37,829 nt of DNA from a virus, in the IMG/VR virus record IMGVR_UViG_3300045988_168478, positions 1 through 37,829 of that record; one strand, written 5' to 3'. The translations under genes and the position numbers were made by a program. Shown here piece by piece: positions 27,468-35,947 of the stretch; position 1 is the first letter of the stretch; every line of letters starts with the position of its first letter. The notes beneath the pieces are model-generated. The model worked only from the letters and a program-made list of their open reading frames with translations. It was not told the DNA's origin and ran no database searches.

Positions 27468-28207
27468 TGTTTAATTTTACTGTTCTTGATTCTGCGGTTC
27501 ATCAGCCGGAAAGCATCGAGGGCGAGCATCTTCTTGTAGCGATCGATGAAAGCCACATCATCACCAAGGAAGGCATCAAACACAGCAAGCCAGTCCGTCG
27601 GCTTAGGATTTCTCCTGCCCTCTTCAGCTTCGTCGCTCTCTTCTTCAGACGGGAAGAGGAACGGGTAAGCCATGGACAGCCATTTCCTTATCAGAATAAA
27701 GTTGAAGAATATTGCAATGCGGATTGTCTTGTCGAGTCTGCCACAGAACTCCACTTTCTCCGCCATTCCGTCCTCCTTTTCCAAGGGAGCATGATAAAGA
27801 GCCGCAATGAATACAGACAGCAGCTCTTCATCCTCCGGCTTTATGGCGTAGCGCTGGAAATAGTTGTCGGCAAGCATGAACTGCTCCAGCGTCACACCCT
27901 GCAGGCGCATTCCTGGCGACGTGTAATGCGAGCCTGGCAGGGTCTCCACAAAGAACCTGCTGCATGGCTTGTCGAGCCTGCGCATCCACTCCGTCTGCTC
28001 CAGCAGGGTAAACTTCAGAAAATCGTCCATAAGCAGAACAATATTCTTCGGCAGTGAGAACATGCGGCAGAGGAACCTGTCTTTGTCCACACCTCCGTTC
28101 CATATCTCCACAGCTGTCATGAACTGCCCCATGGTCATCTCGTTCCATGTCTCCGGCAGCTGGGCTTCAATGGTCTTGCTTTTATATGTCACCTTCAGAT
28201 TTTTCAT
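27464..28207 (-). CDS. Hypothetical tail/baseplate protein (247 aa)
   Basis: Complete ORF in the late operon. Confidence 0.55.
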   Translation of the reverse strand: MKNLKVTYKSKTIEAQLPETWNEMTMGQFMTAVEIWNGGVDKDRFLCRMFSLPKNIVLLMDDFLKFTLLEQTEWMRRLDKPCSRFFVETLPGSHYTSPGMRLQGVTLEQFMLADNYFQRYAIKPEDEELLSVFIAALYHAPLEKEDGMAEKVEFCGRLDKTIRIAIFFNFILIRKWLSMAYPFLFPSEEESDEAEEGRRNPKPTDWLAVFDAFLGDDVAFIDRYKKMLALDAFRLMNRRIKNSKIKQ

Positions 28208-29196
28208 AAAGCGAAGAAAGCGTTGTGTCCGGTATTGTCGCGGACATTGTAGCTTGTTGTCTCATCCCCGACATATTTCCCCATAAAATTCTTTATAAAT
28301 GTCTGCAATGATGCCGCAGAACGGGTGGCGTCTATCTCATACATGCCGACGCGGTCGCCTATCTGGCGGTCGGAGGCAGGAGACACGTTCTTGTTGTCGT
28401 AGCTGCCGGCACTCATCTGCATGAAGTAAAGACCGCGGTCGGTAAGCGAGCCTGTCTGCTTCATCAGCCTTACCACTGCCATCCTCACCACATAATCGGC
28501 GCATACAAGGCGGAAGGTATCGAGGGTACACCCTGCATCCTCTGGAAAATCCTCGCTTCCCGAAAGCCATTTCCTCATATCGCGATAAAGATCATCACCG
28601 AGGAGCGGCTTCAGATGGTATTCTTCCACAGTGCGGAACTCTGCCTGCAGACGCATGAAGACGATGTGCGAGCCGTATATACAGACGCTGCGGTCCACTT
28701 CCTTCGGGCTTCTCACGATTGCCTGACTGCGGTCTGTCCAGCATTTCGTATCCTTATATTCCGGATATTCGCTGATGTTGCCTTCCACGAAATCGAGAAG
28801 AGCATCGAGGGCATTGAAGCCGCGGCTCTTGAAATTCTCCCGCATGCGGTCCTCCTGATATTTGTATGCTCCCTGCCAGTCTCCGCTGCCCTGCCGTTGG
28901 AATCCCTGGTCGGAGATGCGCAGATTGAGAGCATCGAAGTCATGCCAGAAGGCGAGGTTCGCCACTGCGCGCTGGGCAAGCGAAAGCAGATATCGGGAAT
29001 GCTCGTCGGCTGTTTCCTGGTTGGCATAAATGCCTTCTATCCTCTTCATCAGCGTGCTCTCCACAAGGGGTTGCAGATACATCTGCTGTGCGCCCGAGAG
29101 CGAGGATTCCATCTTCTGGAACGAGAGCGATGCTGATGACGGAACGAAAGCGGAGATTTCTTTTCCGTTGTTCCATTTCTCTTTACTGAATATCAT
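28204..29196 (-). CDS. Hypothetical tail/baseplate protein (330 aa)
   Basis: Complete ORF in the late operon. Confidence 0.6.
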   Translation of the reverse strand: MIFSKEKWNNGKEISAFVPSSASLSFQKMESSLSGAQQMYLQPLVESTLMKRIEGIYANQETADEHSRYLLSLAQRAVANLAFWHDFDALNLRISDQGFQRQGSGDWQGAYKYQEDRMRENFKSRGFNALDALLDFVEGNISEYPEYKDTKCWTDRSQAIVRSPKEVDRSVCIYGSHIVFMRLQAEFRTVEEYHLKPLLGDDLYRDMRKWLSGSEDFPEDAGCTLDTFRLVCADYVVRMAVVRLMKQTGSLTDRGLYFMQMSAGSYDNKNVSPASDRQIGDRVGMYEIDATRSAASLQTFIKNFMGKYVGDETTSYNVRDNTGHNAFFAL

Positions 29197-29199
29197 AGG

Positions 29200-30552
29200 C
29201 TACGAAAGTTTATGAGTTGTACCGGCTCCCGTATCGAGAGTGGTAAGAATAGTGTTGCGGAAGCGCAGCTCACAGTCGGGCAAGCCGTTTAGCTTGATGA
29301 AGAGCGAGAGCGGGTCGAGGATATTCTGGCGGTCTATCCAGGCATTGGCAATATTCACGAGGAACGCCTCGCGTATGTTGCTGCCGCCCTGGTTTCCGGC
29401 ATACGTTCCTCCCGGCATTCCGGCTCCGAGCACGTTGGGGTTCACCATGAGGGCGAAGAGTATCTCCGAGTTTGCCGCAGCCGAGGTGACGAGGTTCTCC
29501 TGTCCGGCGTTGTACTTGTTGGAGAGCGGCATGATTTTCCATTCCTCCTCCACCCTGCCGTTCATCTCGTTCACGGCATAGTTGGTGAATATCGGTTTTT
29601 CGGCGTTGTCGGGACCGAGCAGGTTCTTCTCTATCTCGTCCATATATTTGTTGATTGCCGCGCTTCGTTCCTCTCTCGACTTGTATGCCGACAGGGGGAA
29701 TTTCTTGTCCCAGTAGCTGTATGGTATCTGCACATGCCATTTCCATGTGGTCTGGTTCTTGTATGCCTTCTTCAGGAAGCTTGGCACCATGTGGGCTATA
29801 TCCACCCATCCGGCAACGTATGCCGGCCACCATATCGGCTCGCCGTAGATGTCCTCGTTGCTCCAGGAGTCGCGCACGGCATATACAAACCCTTTATTCA
29901 GCTTGCCGAGGAAGCGCAGAACCTCTGCCTGTGAGTTCGGGTCATAGTCATTGAGCAGCGGCAGTATGTCGTAGCTGGTGGGCGATATATCCCATGTTCC
30001 GCTCACCACGCACTTCTGGTTGCCGTTGCCGTCAGGCTCCGTAAATCGGTACTGCAGACAATTCAGGGCATTGAACCCCACAACGGCATTGCCGGCAAGG
30101 TTAGGTACGAACTGCACGGCTCCGCATCCCACCTTCAGATAGTCTCTCAACACCTTCTCCATGTAGCGGCGCACCTGTCTTGAGGATACGAAGCCCTGCA
30201 CCTTCGGGTCGTCTATCGGCTCCAGGATCTCGTCGCCCTTGTCGTCATATCCCTTCACCCTGCAGGCGAAGATGCCCTGGCCCAAAGTGAGGTTGCGCAG
30301 GAAATGCAGTCCGGTGTTCAATACGGTAGTGTCTCTTACGGTTTTCACCGCCTCGCACGGGAACCTGTTGTCACAGCCCCACGCCACCACGCGCTCGTCG
30401 CCCACATAGATGTAACCTCTTTGCGTATCGTCGTATGGGAACAACACACGACGGCGGTCATCCAGGGTCTTCTTGTCTGTTATGGTGTCGGCGATGAAGA
30501 GCGTGGAGTTCATCATCAGCGGCGCACCTTCTTTGTTATACAGGATATCCAT
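29200..30552 (-). CDS. Large virion structural protein (450 aa; portal or baseplate candidate, unresolved)
   Basis: Complete ORF with no diagnostic motif recognised. Confidence 0.6.
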   Translation of the reverse strand: MDILYNKEGAPLMMNSTLFIADTITDKKTLDDRRRVLFPYDDTQRGYIYVGDERVVAWGCDNRFPCEAVKTVRDTTVLNTGLHFLRNLTLGQGIFACRVKGYDDKGDEILEPIDDPKVQGFVSSRQVRRYMEKVLRDYLKVGCGAVQFVPNLAGNAVVGFNALNCLQYRFTEPDGNGNQKCVVSGTWDISPTSYDILPLLNDYDPNSQAEVLRFLGKLNKGFVYAVRDSWSNEDIYGEPIWWPAYVAGWVDIAHMVPSFLKKAYKNQTTWKWHVQIPYSYWDKKFPLSAYKSREERSAAINKYMDEIEKNLLGPDNAEKPIFTNYAVNEMNGRVEEEWKIMPLSNKYNAGQENLVTSAAANSEILFALMVNPNVLGAGMPGGTYAGNQGGSNIREAFLVNIANAWIDRQNILDPLSLFIKLNGLPDCELRFRNTILTTLDTGAGTTHKLS

Positions 30553-30847
30553 TGCTCCAGTCTATATAATGTCCGTTATATTCTATGATATTTGTAATTT
30601 TAACCGGGATGACGTGCATTTCGGGATTTCCCTTGCAGTCGCAGGGCTGTATGCCGCGGAAACGCAGCTTCTTCATGTTCATCCCCTTGCATCCCGTGGC
30701 GTAAGCCTGGGGAACAAAGCGCAGCTTCCCGTCAAGGGTCATTATCTTGACGGAGAAGATGCGACGGTGGCCGAACCTGTCGGTACGGATATCGAGATCT
30801 GCAAGCATGGTGCTTGCATACATTGATTTCTTTTCTTCCTTTTCCAT
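30536..30847 (-). CDS. Hypothetical small protein (103 aa)
   Basis: Complete ORF with a 17-nt overlap to the downstream gene. Confidence 0.45.
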   Translation of the reverse strand: MEKEEKKSMYASTMLADLDIRTDRFGHRRIFSVKIMTLDGKLRFVPQAYATGCKGMNMKKLRFRGIQPCDCKGNPEMHVIPVKITNIIEYNGHYIDWSNGYPV

Positions 30848-30852
30848 AATCT

Positions 30853-31953
30853 CTAATTGAAGGTTCTGTCAAATGGCGGGCGTGAGAACACATGTCCGCT
30901 GTCTGTATCCGGCTTGGAAACCGGTCTGCGCATGTAGCGCGTATCGGCATAGCGCCATGTGAGGGCGATGGCATCAGGCTCGTTGGTGGGGCGCTCTATC
31001 GAGGAGTCCACGTCGGTAATGGCCACGCGGTGCAGCTCTCCGCCGTCGACGACGTACACAAGGGGCGATTCCATGAGGTCATACACCGTGGCGCGTTCCT
31101 CAAGGGTAATCCATCCGCTGTTTGCCTCATGCTCCTCCACGAGCGAGGGGTCGAGCCTCACGTATTCCCTGCCGGCAAAACCGAAGTCGGAGTCAAGCGA
31201 CTGCTTTTCTTCATCACGCCCTACAAAGGTGAAGGTCTCCGGCACTCCGTAGAAACTGAGGAATACGAACTGGGTGGCTTGTCTGGGCATGGCATCCTTC
31301 ACGGTGCAGGTTATCTTGTCAAACTGCTGTCCTCCGGCCGAGTATAGCGTAAGCGTGTAAGAAGCGATACTTCGCTCATCGGAAAGCATTGCTTTGAGCA
31401 AAGAGAACATACCGTTCGTTCCTGCCTCCATCGTGTAATAGTCGCTGGAGGAATCCACTGCCAGCTCCTTCTCCGCATATTTCATGGCTGCCCCATCCCT
31501 GTAGGCCACTCCGGCAACCACCTTCAGCTGTTGCCCTGCAGTGACTACCGACAAGGGGAACTGTTGCCCTCGGTATACATTGCGCTTGCGGATCTGGGTG
31601 GCGAAATGCGGCACTATGCCGTCCATGGGACGCGACATATAGAGCAGCCGGCATGATGCCGAGGAGCTGCCTGCCGTAATATTCATGCGCAGACCTGTCC
31701 CTCTGGGTCCTGGAGTGGTCATCCTGCTTGCATCCACAAGGGCCAACACGGAGGAATTCAGAAGTTCGTCGATGTCCTGCACCTCCACTGCGCCGTTCAC
31801 GGGCGAATACTTCGCCGTATTGTCGAACACGACGGAGCCGTCATCAGCGGTGAGCACTATGTGCACGTTGATGTCGGCATCCGTCGCTATCATGACTGAT
31901 TCAACAGAAGAAGCGAACGACAGGGAGGGAATATCGTTGATGTTTGTCGTCAT
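30853..31953 (-). CDS. Hypothetical virion structural protein (366 aa)
   Basis: Complete ORF in the late operon. Confidence 0.6.
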   Translation of the reverse strand: MTTNINDIPSLSFASSVESVMIATDADINVHIVLTADDGSVVFDNTAKYSPVNGAVEVQDIDELLNSSVLALVDASRMTTPGPRGTGLRMNITAGSSSASCRLLYMSRPMDGIVPHFATQIRKRNVYRGQQFPLSVVTAGQQLKVVAGVAYRDGAAMKYAEKELAVDSSSDYYTMEAGTNGMFSLLKAMLSDERSIASYTLTLYSAGGQQFDKITCTVKDAMPRQATQFVFLSFYGVPETFTFVGRDEEKQSLDSDFGFAGREYVRLDPSLVEEHEANSGWITLEERATVYDLMESPLVYVVDGGELHRVAITDVDSSIERPTNEPDAIALTWRYADTRYMRRPVSKPDTDSGHVFSRPPFDRTFN

Positions 31954-32525
31954 TACCAGTTGAATAATTGAAAACCCACACCGGCAACCGGTGCGTGGTC
32001 TATCATGTTATATCCTGCGTACATCTTCATCATGCGGTAGCGGTATTCCGCCATGATGGTCAGGTTGCGGTAGCCGAACGTGGAAAGCAGGCCCACGGAA
32101 TTCTCTCTCACAAGTCTTTTCGGATAGAATGTGAAGTTCACCCGCCTGCCCGCTATCCCGTTCTGCCATACCGTATCTGTTATTACCGCCCGGGCGCTGT
32201 CCTTGCCTGCACCCGTCGCCACTGCCACAAGAACGGTGTCACGGTATATTTTCTTCAGATAATAGTCGTCTATGATCCGTGCCGTATCCACATCCTGGGG
32301 GATGGGTACATACACGGTGTCCTTCGGTTGGGGAACATATACGGTGTCGGTCTTTACCGGCTTCACACTGACGGCTGCGCCTTTCTTCAAAACCCCGCCG
32401 CCGCGATTCTTACCGGAACACCTTCCAAGAAAGAACGCAGCAGCGAGGAGCAACACTAATGTGAAACCAAGCACTATGTTCCTGAAACAACCTTTAAAGC
32501 TAAAAACGTAACTATGATTATCCAT
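31953..32525 (-). CDS. Membrane-anchored outer-membrane-beta-barrel-like protein with a DTVYVP(Q/I)P repeat (190 aa); candidate spanin-like lysis accessory protein
   Basis: N-terminal TM/signal anchor, tandem KTDTVYVPQPKDTVYVPIPQD, and a C-terminus of alternating hydrophobic residues ending ...GFQLFNW as in outer-membrane beta-barrels. Lies immediately downstream of the holin-like gene. Confidence 0.45.
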   Translation of the reverse strand: MDNHSYVFSFKGCFRNIVLGFTLVLLLAAAFFLGRCSGKNRGGGVLKKGAAVSVKPVKTDTVYVPQPKDTVYVPIPQDVDTARIIDDYYLKKIYRDTVLVAVATGAGKDSARAVITDTVWQNGIAGRRVNFTFYPKRLVRENSVGLLSTFGYRNLTIMAEYRYRMMKMYAGYNMIDHAPVAGVGFQLFNW

Positions 32526-33062
32526 CTATTTACCTATCAGTTTGTCGAATGCTGCAGATGCGGCGTGTTTCACCGCCTCGATGTAGTAACTCTTGTCGTG
32601 GTTGTCGATGCAGGCAAGATTCTCAAGTATCGACGTGGCGTTCTCCACCACGAAGGCTATCATCAGTATGACCGTGAGCACATCGAAGAACCATGCCCCG
32701 ACAAGCCATGCCAGCGAATGTGCGTCATAATGGGATGCGAAGAACGAGAACACCTGGCAGCTCATGAAGAGCACAAACCAGATACAGAGCTTCAGCAGGA
32801 AACGTGAGAACTTGGCACTCTCGAAGTGCTCATGTCTCTTCCGGGCGGCGCAGATGCCGGACACCAGCTCCAGGAGCATGATGAGGATCATCGCCACGGC
32901 AAGCACCGGCCACACACCGAGAACGGAACATACGCAGCCGAGAACGGACGACAACGCCGCACTCTGGCCGACGCTTACGTATTTCGTAGTAGGAAACACG
33001 CTTTCGACCAGAGCACCCACGCTGTCATAGCCGTAGGAATACAAAAACTTATCAAACAACAT
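32526..33062 (-). CDS. Putative holin (178 aa with 3-4 TM helices; start at MLFDKF)
   Basis: Multiple hydrophobic helices and a charged C-terminus. First gene of the late operon. A -7 promoter element lies 20 nt upstream of this ATG, which supports choosing this start over the one at 33092. Confidence 0.45.
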   Translation of the reverse strand: MLFDKFLYSYGYDSVGALVESVFPTTKYVSVGQSAALSSVLGCVCSVLGVWPVLAVAMILIMLLELVSGICAARKRHEHFESAKFSRFLLKLCIWFVLFMSCQVFSFFASHYDAHSLAWLVGAWFFDVLTVILMIAFVVENATSILENLACIDNHDKSYYIEAVKHAASAAFDKLIGK

Positions 33063-33079
33063 ATTAACAAAATGGCATT

Positions 33080-33092
33080 TATTACTCTGCAA
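33080..33092 (-). promoter_or_regulatory. -7 promoter element (cctaTTTTTGcag) for the late operon
   Basis: Plus-strand ctgcaaaaatagg, about 20 nt upstream of the ATG at 33062. Confidence 0.4.
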
Positions 33093-33125
33093 AAATAGGC
33101 AACAAACAATAAATACCGTGGGACA

Positions 33126-33160
33126 TAAAAAAGACGTGCTACTTTCACAAGCGGCACGCC
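33126..33160 (-). terminator. Terminator-like hairpin (cgtgc...gcacg) followed by T6 on the minus strand, ending the 34592-33204 operon
   Basis: 6-bp stem with one mismatch and a 14-nt loop; A6 on the plus strand at 33126-33131. Confidence 0.35.
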
Positions 33161-33203
33161 TCGAGGATAAAAAATGTATATTGGTACAAAAGAAATACTG
33201 AAA

Positions 33204-33500
33204 TCAATATGATAGGCTGTCTTTATCCTTGCTGAACAGACGCCAGCAAAGACTATTTCCGACAAGCATGGTATGGTAACCAAGAACTGTTAACACCTTA
33301 TTTATTTCATTGACGTCAACAGGAACGATGCGCCATAAAAAACGACGGATATCATCCGTGGTGAGCAGAAGAAGCTGCTCTTTATCTCCTTCTGGCGAAA
33401 AGCGCTGTTCTATCAATTGCTGAAGCATTGACGGTTCTTTCTTTTTCTCCGTCTTCTTCTCATTATTATCGCCATAGTTTACGAATCCTATTTTAGCCAT
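33204..33500 (-). CDS. Hypothetical protein (98 aa; start at MAKIGF)
   Basis: ORF trimmed to the ATG at 33500. Confidence 0.45.
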   Translation of the reverse strand: MAKIGFVNYGDNNEKKTEKKKEPSMLQQLIEQRFSPEGDKEQLLLLTTDDIRRFLWRIVPVDVNEINKVLTVLGYHTMLVGNSLCWRLFSKDKDSLSY

Positions 33501-33835
33501 GACTCCGCCCCCTTTCCGAATTTTTCCACGAGGAGCTTGCGCGCCTCGCAGTATTGTGACTTCGGTCCGTACTGGTTTATCCAGTCGAGGAAGGTGCACA
33601 CCTCCTGCAGGACATCGAGGAAGGTGTAGAAATCCTTATATTCCTCCAGCTCGCGGTCGAAGAGCGAGCCGTCTTCAGTACGATGCAGCAGCGTGCGGCG
33701 CATGTCGTCGCAACGTTCTATAAGGTTGACCACGTCGCCGTGGGCTATCTCCTTTTCAAGACGCTCCACGATATCCTTACGTGCATACTGGTATTCCGCT
33801 GTTGTCGCGGTGCGGTTGTTCGGTTCGTTGTTCAT
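33488..33835 (-). CDS. Hypothetical protein (115 aa)
   Basis: Complete ORF; ATGA overlap with the upstream gene. Confidence 0.5.
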   Translation of the reverse strand: MNNEPNNRTATTAEYQYARKDIVERLEKEIAHGDVVNLIERCDDMRRTLLHRTEDGSLFDRELEEYKDFYTFLDVLQEVCTFLDWINQYGPKSQYCEARKLLVEKFGKGAESWLK

Positions 33836-34254
33836 AGTCTGCCTCCTTTCTTTGCTTCAAGTTTCTCTGCTATGTCTGCCGACATTCCGGCGGAGAGCAT
33901 TCCGGCGATGTAGCTGCGCTCGGAGGAACCGGTGTTGTTCTCCGTAGCCTCGCGGATGAGTTCCGCCTTGCGGTCGGCATAAGCGCGCTGGCGCTCAAGG
34001 TCGAGGGTTGCTCTGACGTGATGGTGGCGCAGGCGCTCGGCATTGAGGGACTGAGTAAGCTTCTCCGTGTTCGACTGCTTTTGCTTGCGCCAGTCCTTGC
34101 GGTAACGCTCGAATGCGTCGTTCAATGCTTCTTCCACTCGGCGGTATTCTTCCTTCGCCTTCTGTTCTATCGCGATGTGCATCAGGTCTTCCTGGTGCTG
34201 ACGGTCGTTGATCGGTACGATTACGGATGCCACGAATTGCTTGTATTCCATCAT
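33832..34254 (-). CDS. Hypothetical coiled-coil protein (140 aa)
   Basis: Complete ORF with charged heptad-like repeats. Confidence 0.5.
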   Translation of the reverse strand: MMEYKQFVASVIVPINDRQHQEDLMHIAIEQKAKEEYRRVEEALNDAFERYRKDWRKQKQSNTEKLTQSLNAERLRHHHVRATLDLERQRAYADRKAELIREATENNTGSSERSYIAGMLSAGMSADIAEKLEAKKGGRL

Positions 34255-34592
34255 ACTTCACCTCCTTTCTCTGCTGTTTCGTTCTTCATTTCGGTTTTGT
34301 TGAGCCTGCGCACCATCCATGCGGCGCATGCTGCTGAGAGGAGCGACGCCACGGGAGCGGCTTCCACTGCCGCCACGCCCACGAAGAAGCATACGGTGAT
34401 GAGGTTGACGCGCAGCACGGTGCGGCGTGTCACCGTGAAGTCGGCTATGCGCGAATAGAACTCCGACTTGCGGTCGAGCCAGCGGCTGATGGCCGCCAGA
34501 TGGTTGATTACTGTGCTCTTTACGTCGGCGAAAGCCAGTTCCGCCCCCGTGCGCTGAGCTTCCTGCGCCTGGATTGCTGATGTCTGTTGCAT
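34251..34592 (-). CDS. Hypothetical membrane protein (113 aa; one TM helix); first gene of a four-gene operon
   Basis: Complete ORF preceded by a long structured leader. Confidence 0.5.
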   Translation of the reverse strand: MQQTSAIQAQEAQRTGAELAFADVKSTVINHLAAISRWLDRKSEFYSRIADFTVTRRTVLRVNLITVCFFVGVAAVEAAPVASLLSAACAAWMVRRLNKTEMKNETAEKGGEV

Positions 34593-34596
34593 ATTG

Positions 34597-34822
34597 CATC
34601 GTTCTTTTTAGCATTCCCGGATCCGCCGGGCCGGAGATACAGAAAGGCGGCTGCACATCCCGCTGCTAAAAAGAACGATGACTCTACCCGAAGGGCAAAT
34701 TCAAATTCTACGGAATGGCAACCGCCATGTATGTAAGATTATGGGCATAAAAAAAGCCCACGCAATCAGTGCTGAGCAATAACCGCTGCTCTCCGGGATA
34801 GTCTACTATCGTTCTTTTTAGC
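34597..34822 (-). promoter_or_regulatory. Structured 5' leader / operator region containing three copies of the 15-mer GCTAAAAAGAACGAT (34808-34822 and 34597-34613 in one orientation, 34665-34680 inverted)
   Basis: Direct reading of the sequence. The middle copy can pair with either outer copy. The start-proximal copy lies immediately before the ATG at 34592. Confidence 0.45.
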
Positions 34823-34825
34823 GCT

Positions 34826-34834
34826 GCAAAGATA
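34826..34834 (-). promoter_or_regulatory. -7 promoter element (TAtcTTTGc) driving the 34592 operon through a leader of about 230 nt
   Basis: Plus-strand gcaaagata. Confidence 0.4.
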
Positions 34835-34905
34835 CGCATAAGAATCGGACGGGGCAAGGGAAATGGGGAAAAAGTTGCGGTTTTGGTGTAAAATTTTGAC
34901 GGGAA

Positions 34906-34937
34906 GGGCGGATGGAGGGGCGGAGACATTATATATA
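34906..34937. repeat. Conserved GC box gggcggatggaggggcggagacatt followed by TATATATA (copy 1 of 3), directly downstream (minus strand) of a terminator
   Basis: Identical 25-mers at 34906, 35790 and 36906. Confidence 0.8.
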
Positions 34938-34954
34938 ATATATATTGACAAAGA

Positions 34955-34982
34955 AAAGCCCCGGAGGATTTCCGGGGCTGGT
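34955..34982 (-). terminator. Rho-independent terminator (gccccggaggatttccggggc followed by a T-run on the minus strand) after the gene at 34987..35481
   Basis: 8-bp GC stem followed by TTTTCTTT on the minus strand. Confidence 0.7.
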
Positions 34983-34986
34983 GTGG

Positions 34987-35481
34987 CTATTTGTTTGTTT
35001 CAACCGCTTCTTTGTCTACCGTTATGCGCAATCCGCCGATGCTATATCTGTTAACGACCGACACGGACAGCCATAGTATGAAAGCAAGCACAAACGCTCC
35101 CAATACGCTTTGGGCTATTCCATGGAGATATTGTTTCCATGTTGGTGTCAGTACCGACTCGAGCACATGCTTCATGTGTGCATCCTGATTTCTGATGTAG
35201 TCGTTTTCAATCTGATTTGCCGCAGCCCTCAGGACCTCGTTGGAGAACATTCCCAGTATAGACTGTGCGTGGTGTTTGTATTCTTCAATCCTCGCCGGTG
35301 TGCAGCAGCTGTTGTGGAAAGTGTTCATCTCTTCCTCGTTAGGCTCACGGCCGTTTTCTTTCTTGAACGTGTCCAGATACGACACCTTGTCGAATTTGTA
35401 TATAGAATAGGCTATATGTCCGCAGATGTCGTTCTTGTCCTTTACGAGCTGTCTGAATATATAATTGTATTTCCTTGCCAT
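34987..35481 (-). CDS. Hypothetical protein with a C-terminal transmembrane helix (164 aa; start at MARKYNY); its C-terminus ...AVETNK is shared with the gene at 36569
   Basis: Its ATG overlaps the upstream gene's stop (TAATG). A TM segment lies near the C-terminus. Its last codons and terminator lie within a repeat shared with 36535-36585. Confidence 0.5.
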   Translation of the reverse strand: MARKYNYIFRQLVKDKNDICGHIAYSIYKFDKVSYLDTFKKENGREPNEEEMNTFHNSCCTPARIEEYKHHAQSILGMFSNEVLRAAANQIENDYIRNQDAHMKHVLESVLTPTWKQYLHGIAQSVLGAFVLAFILWLSVSVVNRYSIGGLRITVDKEAVETNK

Positions 35482-35687
35482 TATCTGCTGAGGGTTTTTT
35501 CCCATGCATGTCCGTATGCCTTGCGCATCTCGTCCATAGTGATGCGGCCATGGTATTCGCCACCCTTGAACTTCACGGAAAGGTCAATGTCGCTGCTCTT
35601 TCTCGAATGGCAGGCAGTGTTTTTCTTCCCGTTGGCGATTGTCCGCTCACAGGCTTTCCTTATTGTTTCTTGAGTAATTGTACACAT
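35481..35687 (-). CDS. Small hypothetical protein (68 aa) translationally coupled to the gene at 34987..35481
   Basis: ATG at 35687 lies about 30 nt downstream of a -7 promoter element. The longer 110-aa version begins inside a repeat and is not conserved in the other copy of that repeat. Confidence 0.35.
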   Translation of the reverse strand: MCTITQETIRKACERTIANGKKNTACHSRKSSDIDLSVKFKGGEYHGRITMDEMRKAYGHAWEKTLSR

Positions 35688-35710
35688 GATGATTGTTTTT
35701 TGGTTTCGTA

Positions 35711-35814
35711 TTCCGCTGCAAATATAGGAACATTTTTCCGTTCCCGCAATTTTCCCATCAAATTTAGTGTTAAAATTTGATACATGAAAGGGCGGATGGA
35801 GGGGCGGAGACATT
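35711..35814. repeat. About 104-bp direct repeat (copy 1) containing a -7 promoter element (35716-35724), the perfect inverted-repeat operator TCAAATTTagtgttaAAATTTGA (35758-35780) and the GC box (35790-35814); copy 2 lies at 36827-36930
   Basis: About 95% identity between the two copies over about 104 bp. Confidence 0.8.
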
Positions 35815-35854
35815 GTTATATATAGGGAGAGGCAGACCGATTTATTGACAGGAA

Positions 35855-35892
35855 AAGCCCCGGAGCAAGCGCAAGACTCATCCCCGGGGCTT
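35855..35892 (-). terminator. Rho-independent terminator (agccccgg...ccggggct followed by TTTTCC) after the HTH gene at 35948..36205
   Basis: 8-bp GC stem with a 20-nt loop and a U-run. Confidence 0.55.
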
Positions 35893-35947
35893 CACGCCAG
35901 TAGGCTCTGGCGGTTTCTGTCTTAATAATGCCAACAAACGAGCATGC

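Noticed and set aside
34708-35813. ORFs beginning MSPPLHPPF (34708..34929 and 35481..35813), and plus-strand ORFs reading ...RADGGAETLYI (34863..35054 and 36884..37525)
   Set aside because: All are translations of the repeated GC box gggcggatggaggggcggagacat. The reading frame is broken by a 1-nt indel in the 36906 copy, so the box is a non-coding repeat. The real gene in the 35481..35813 ORF starts at the internal ATG at 35687.
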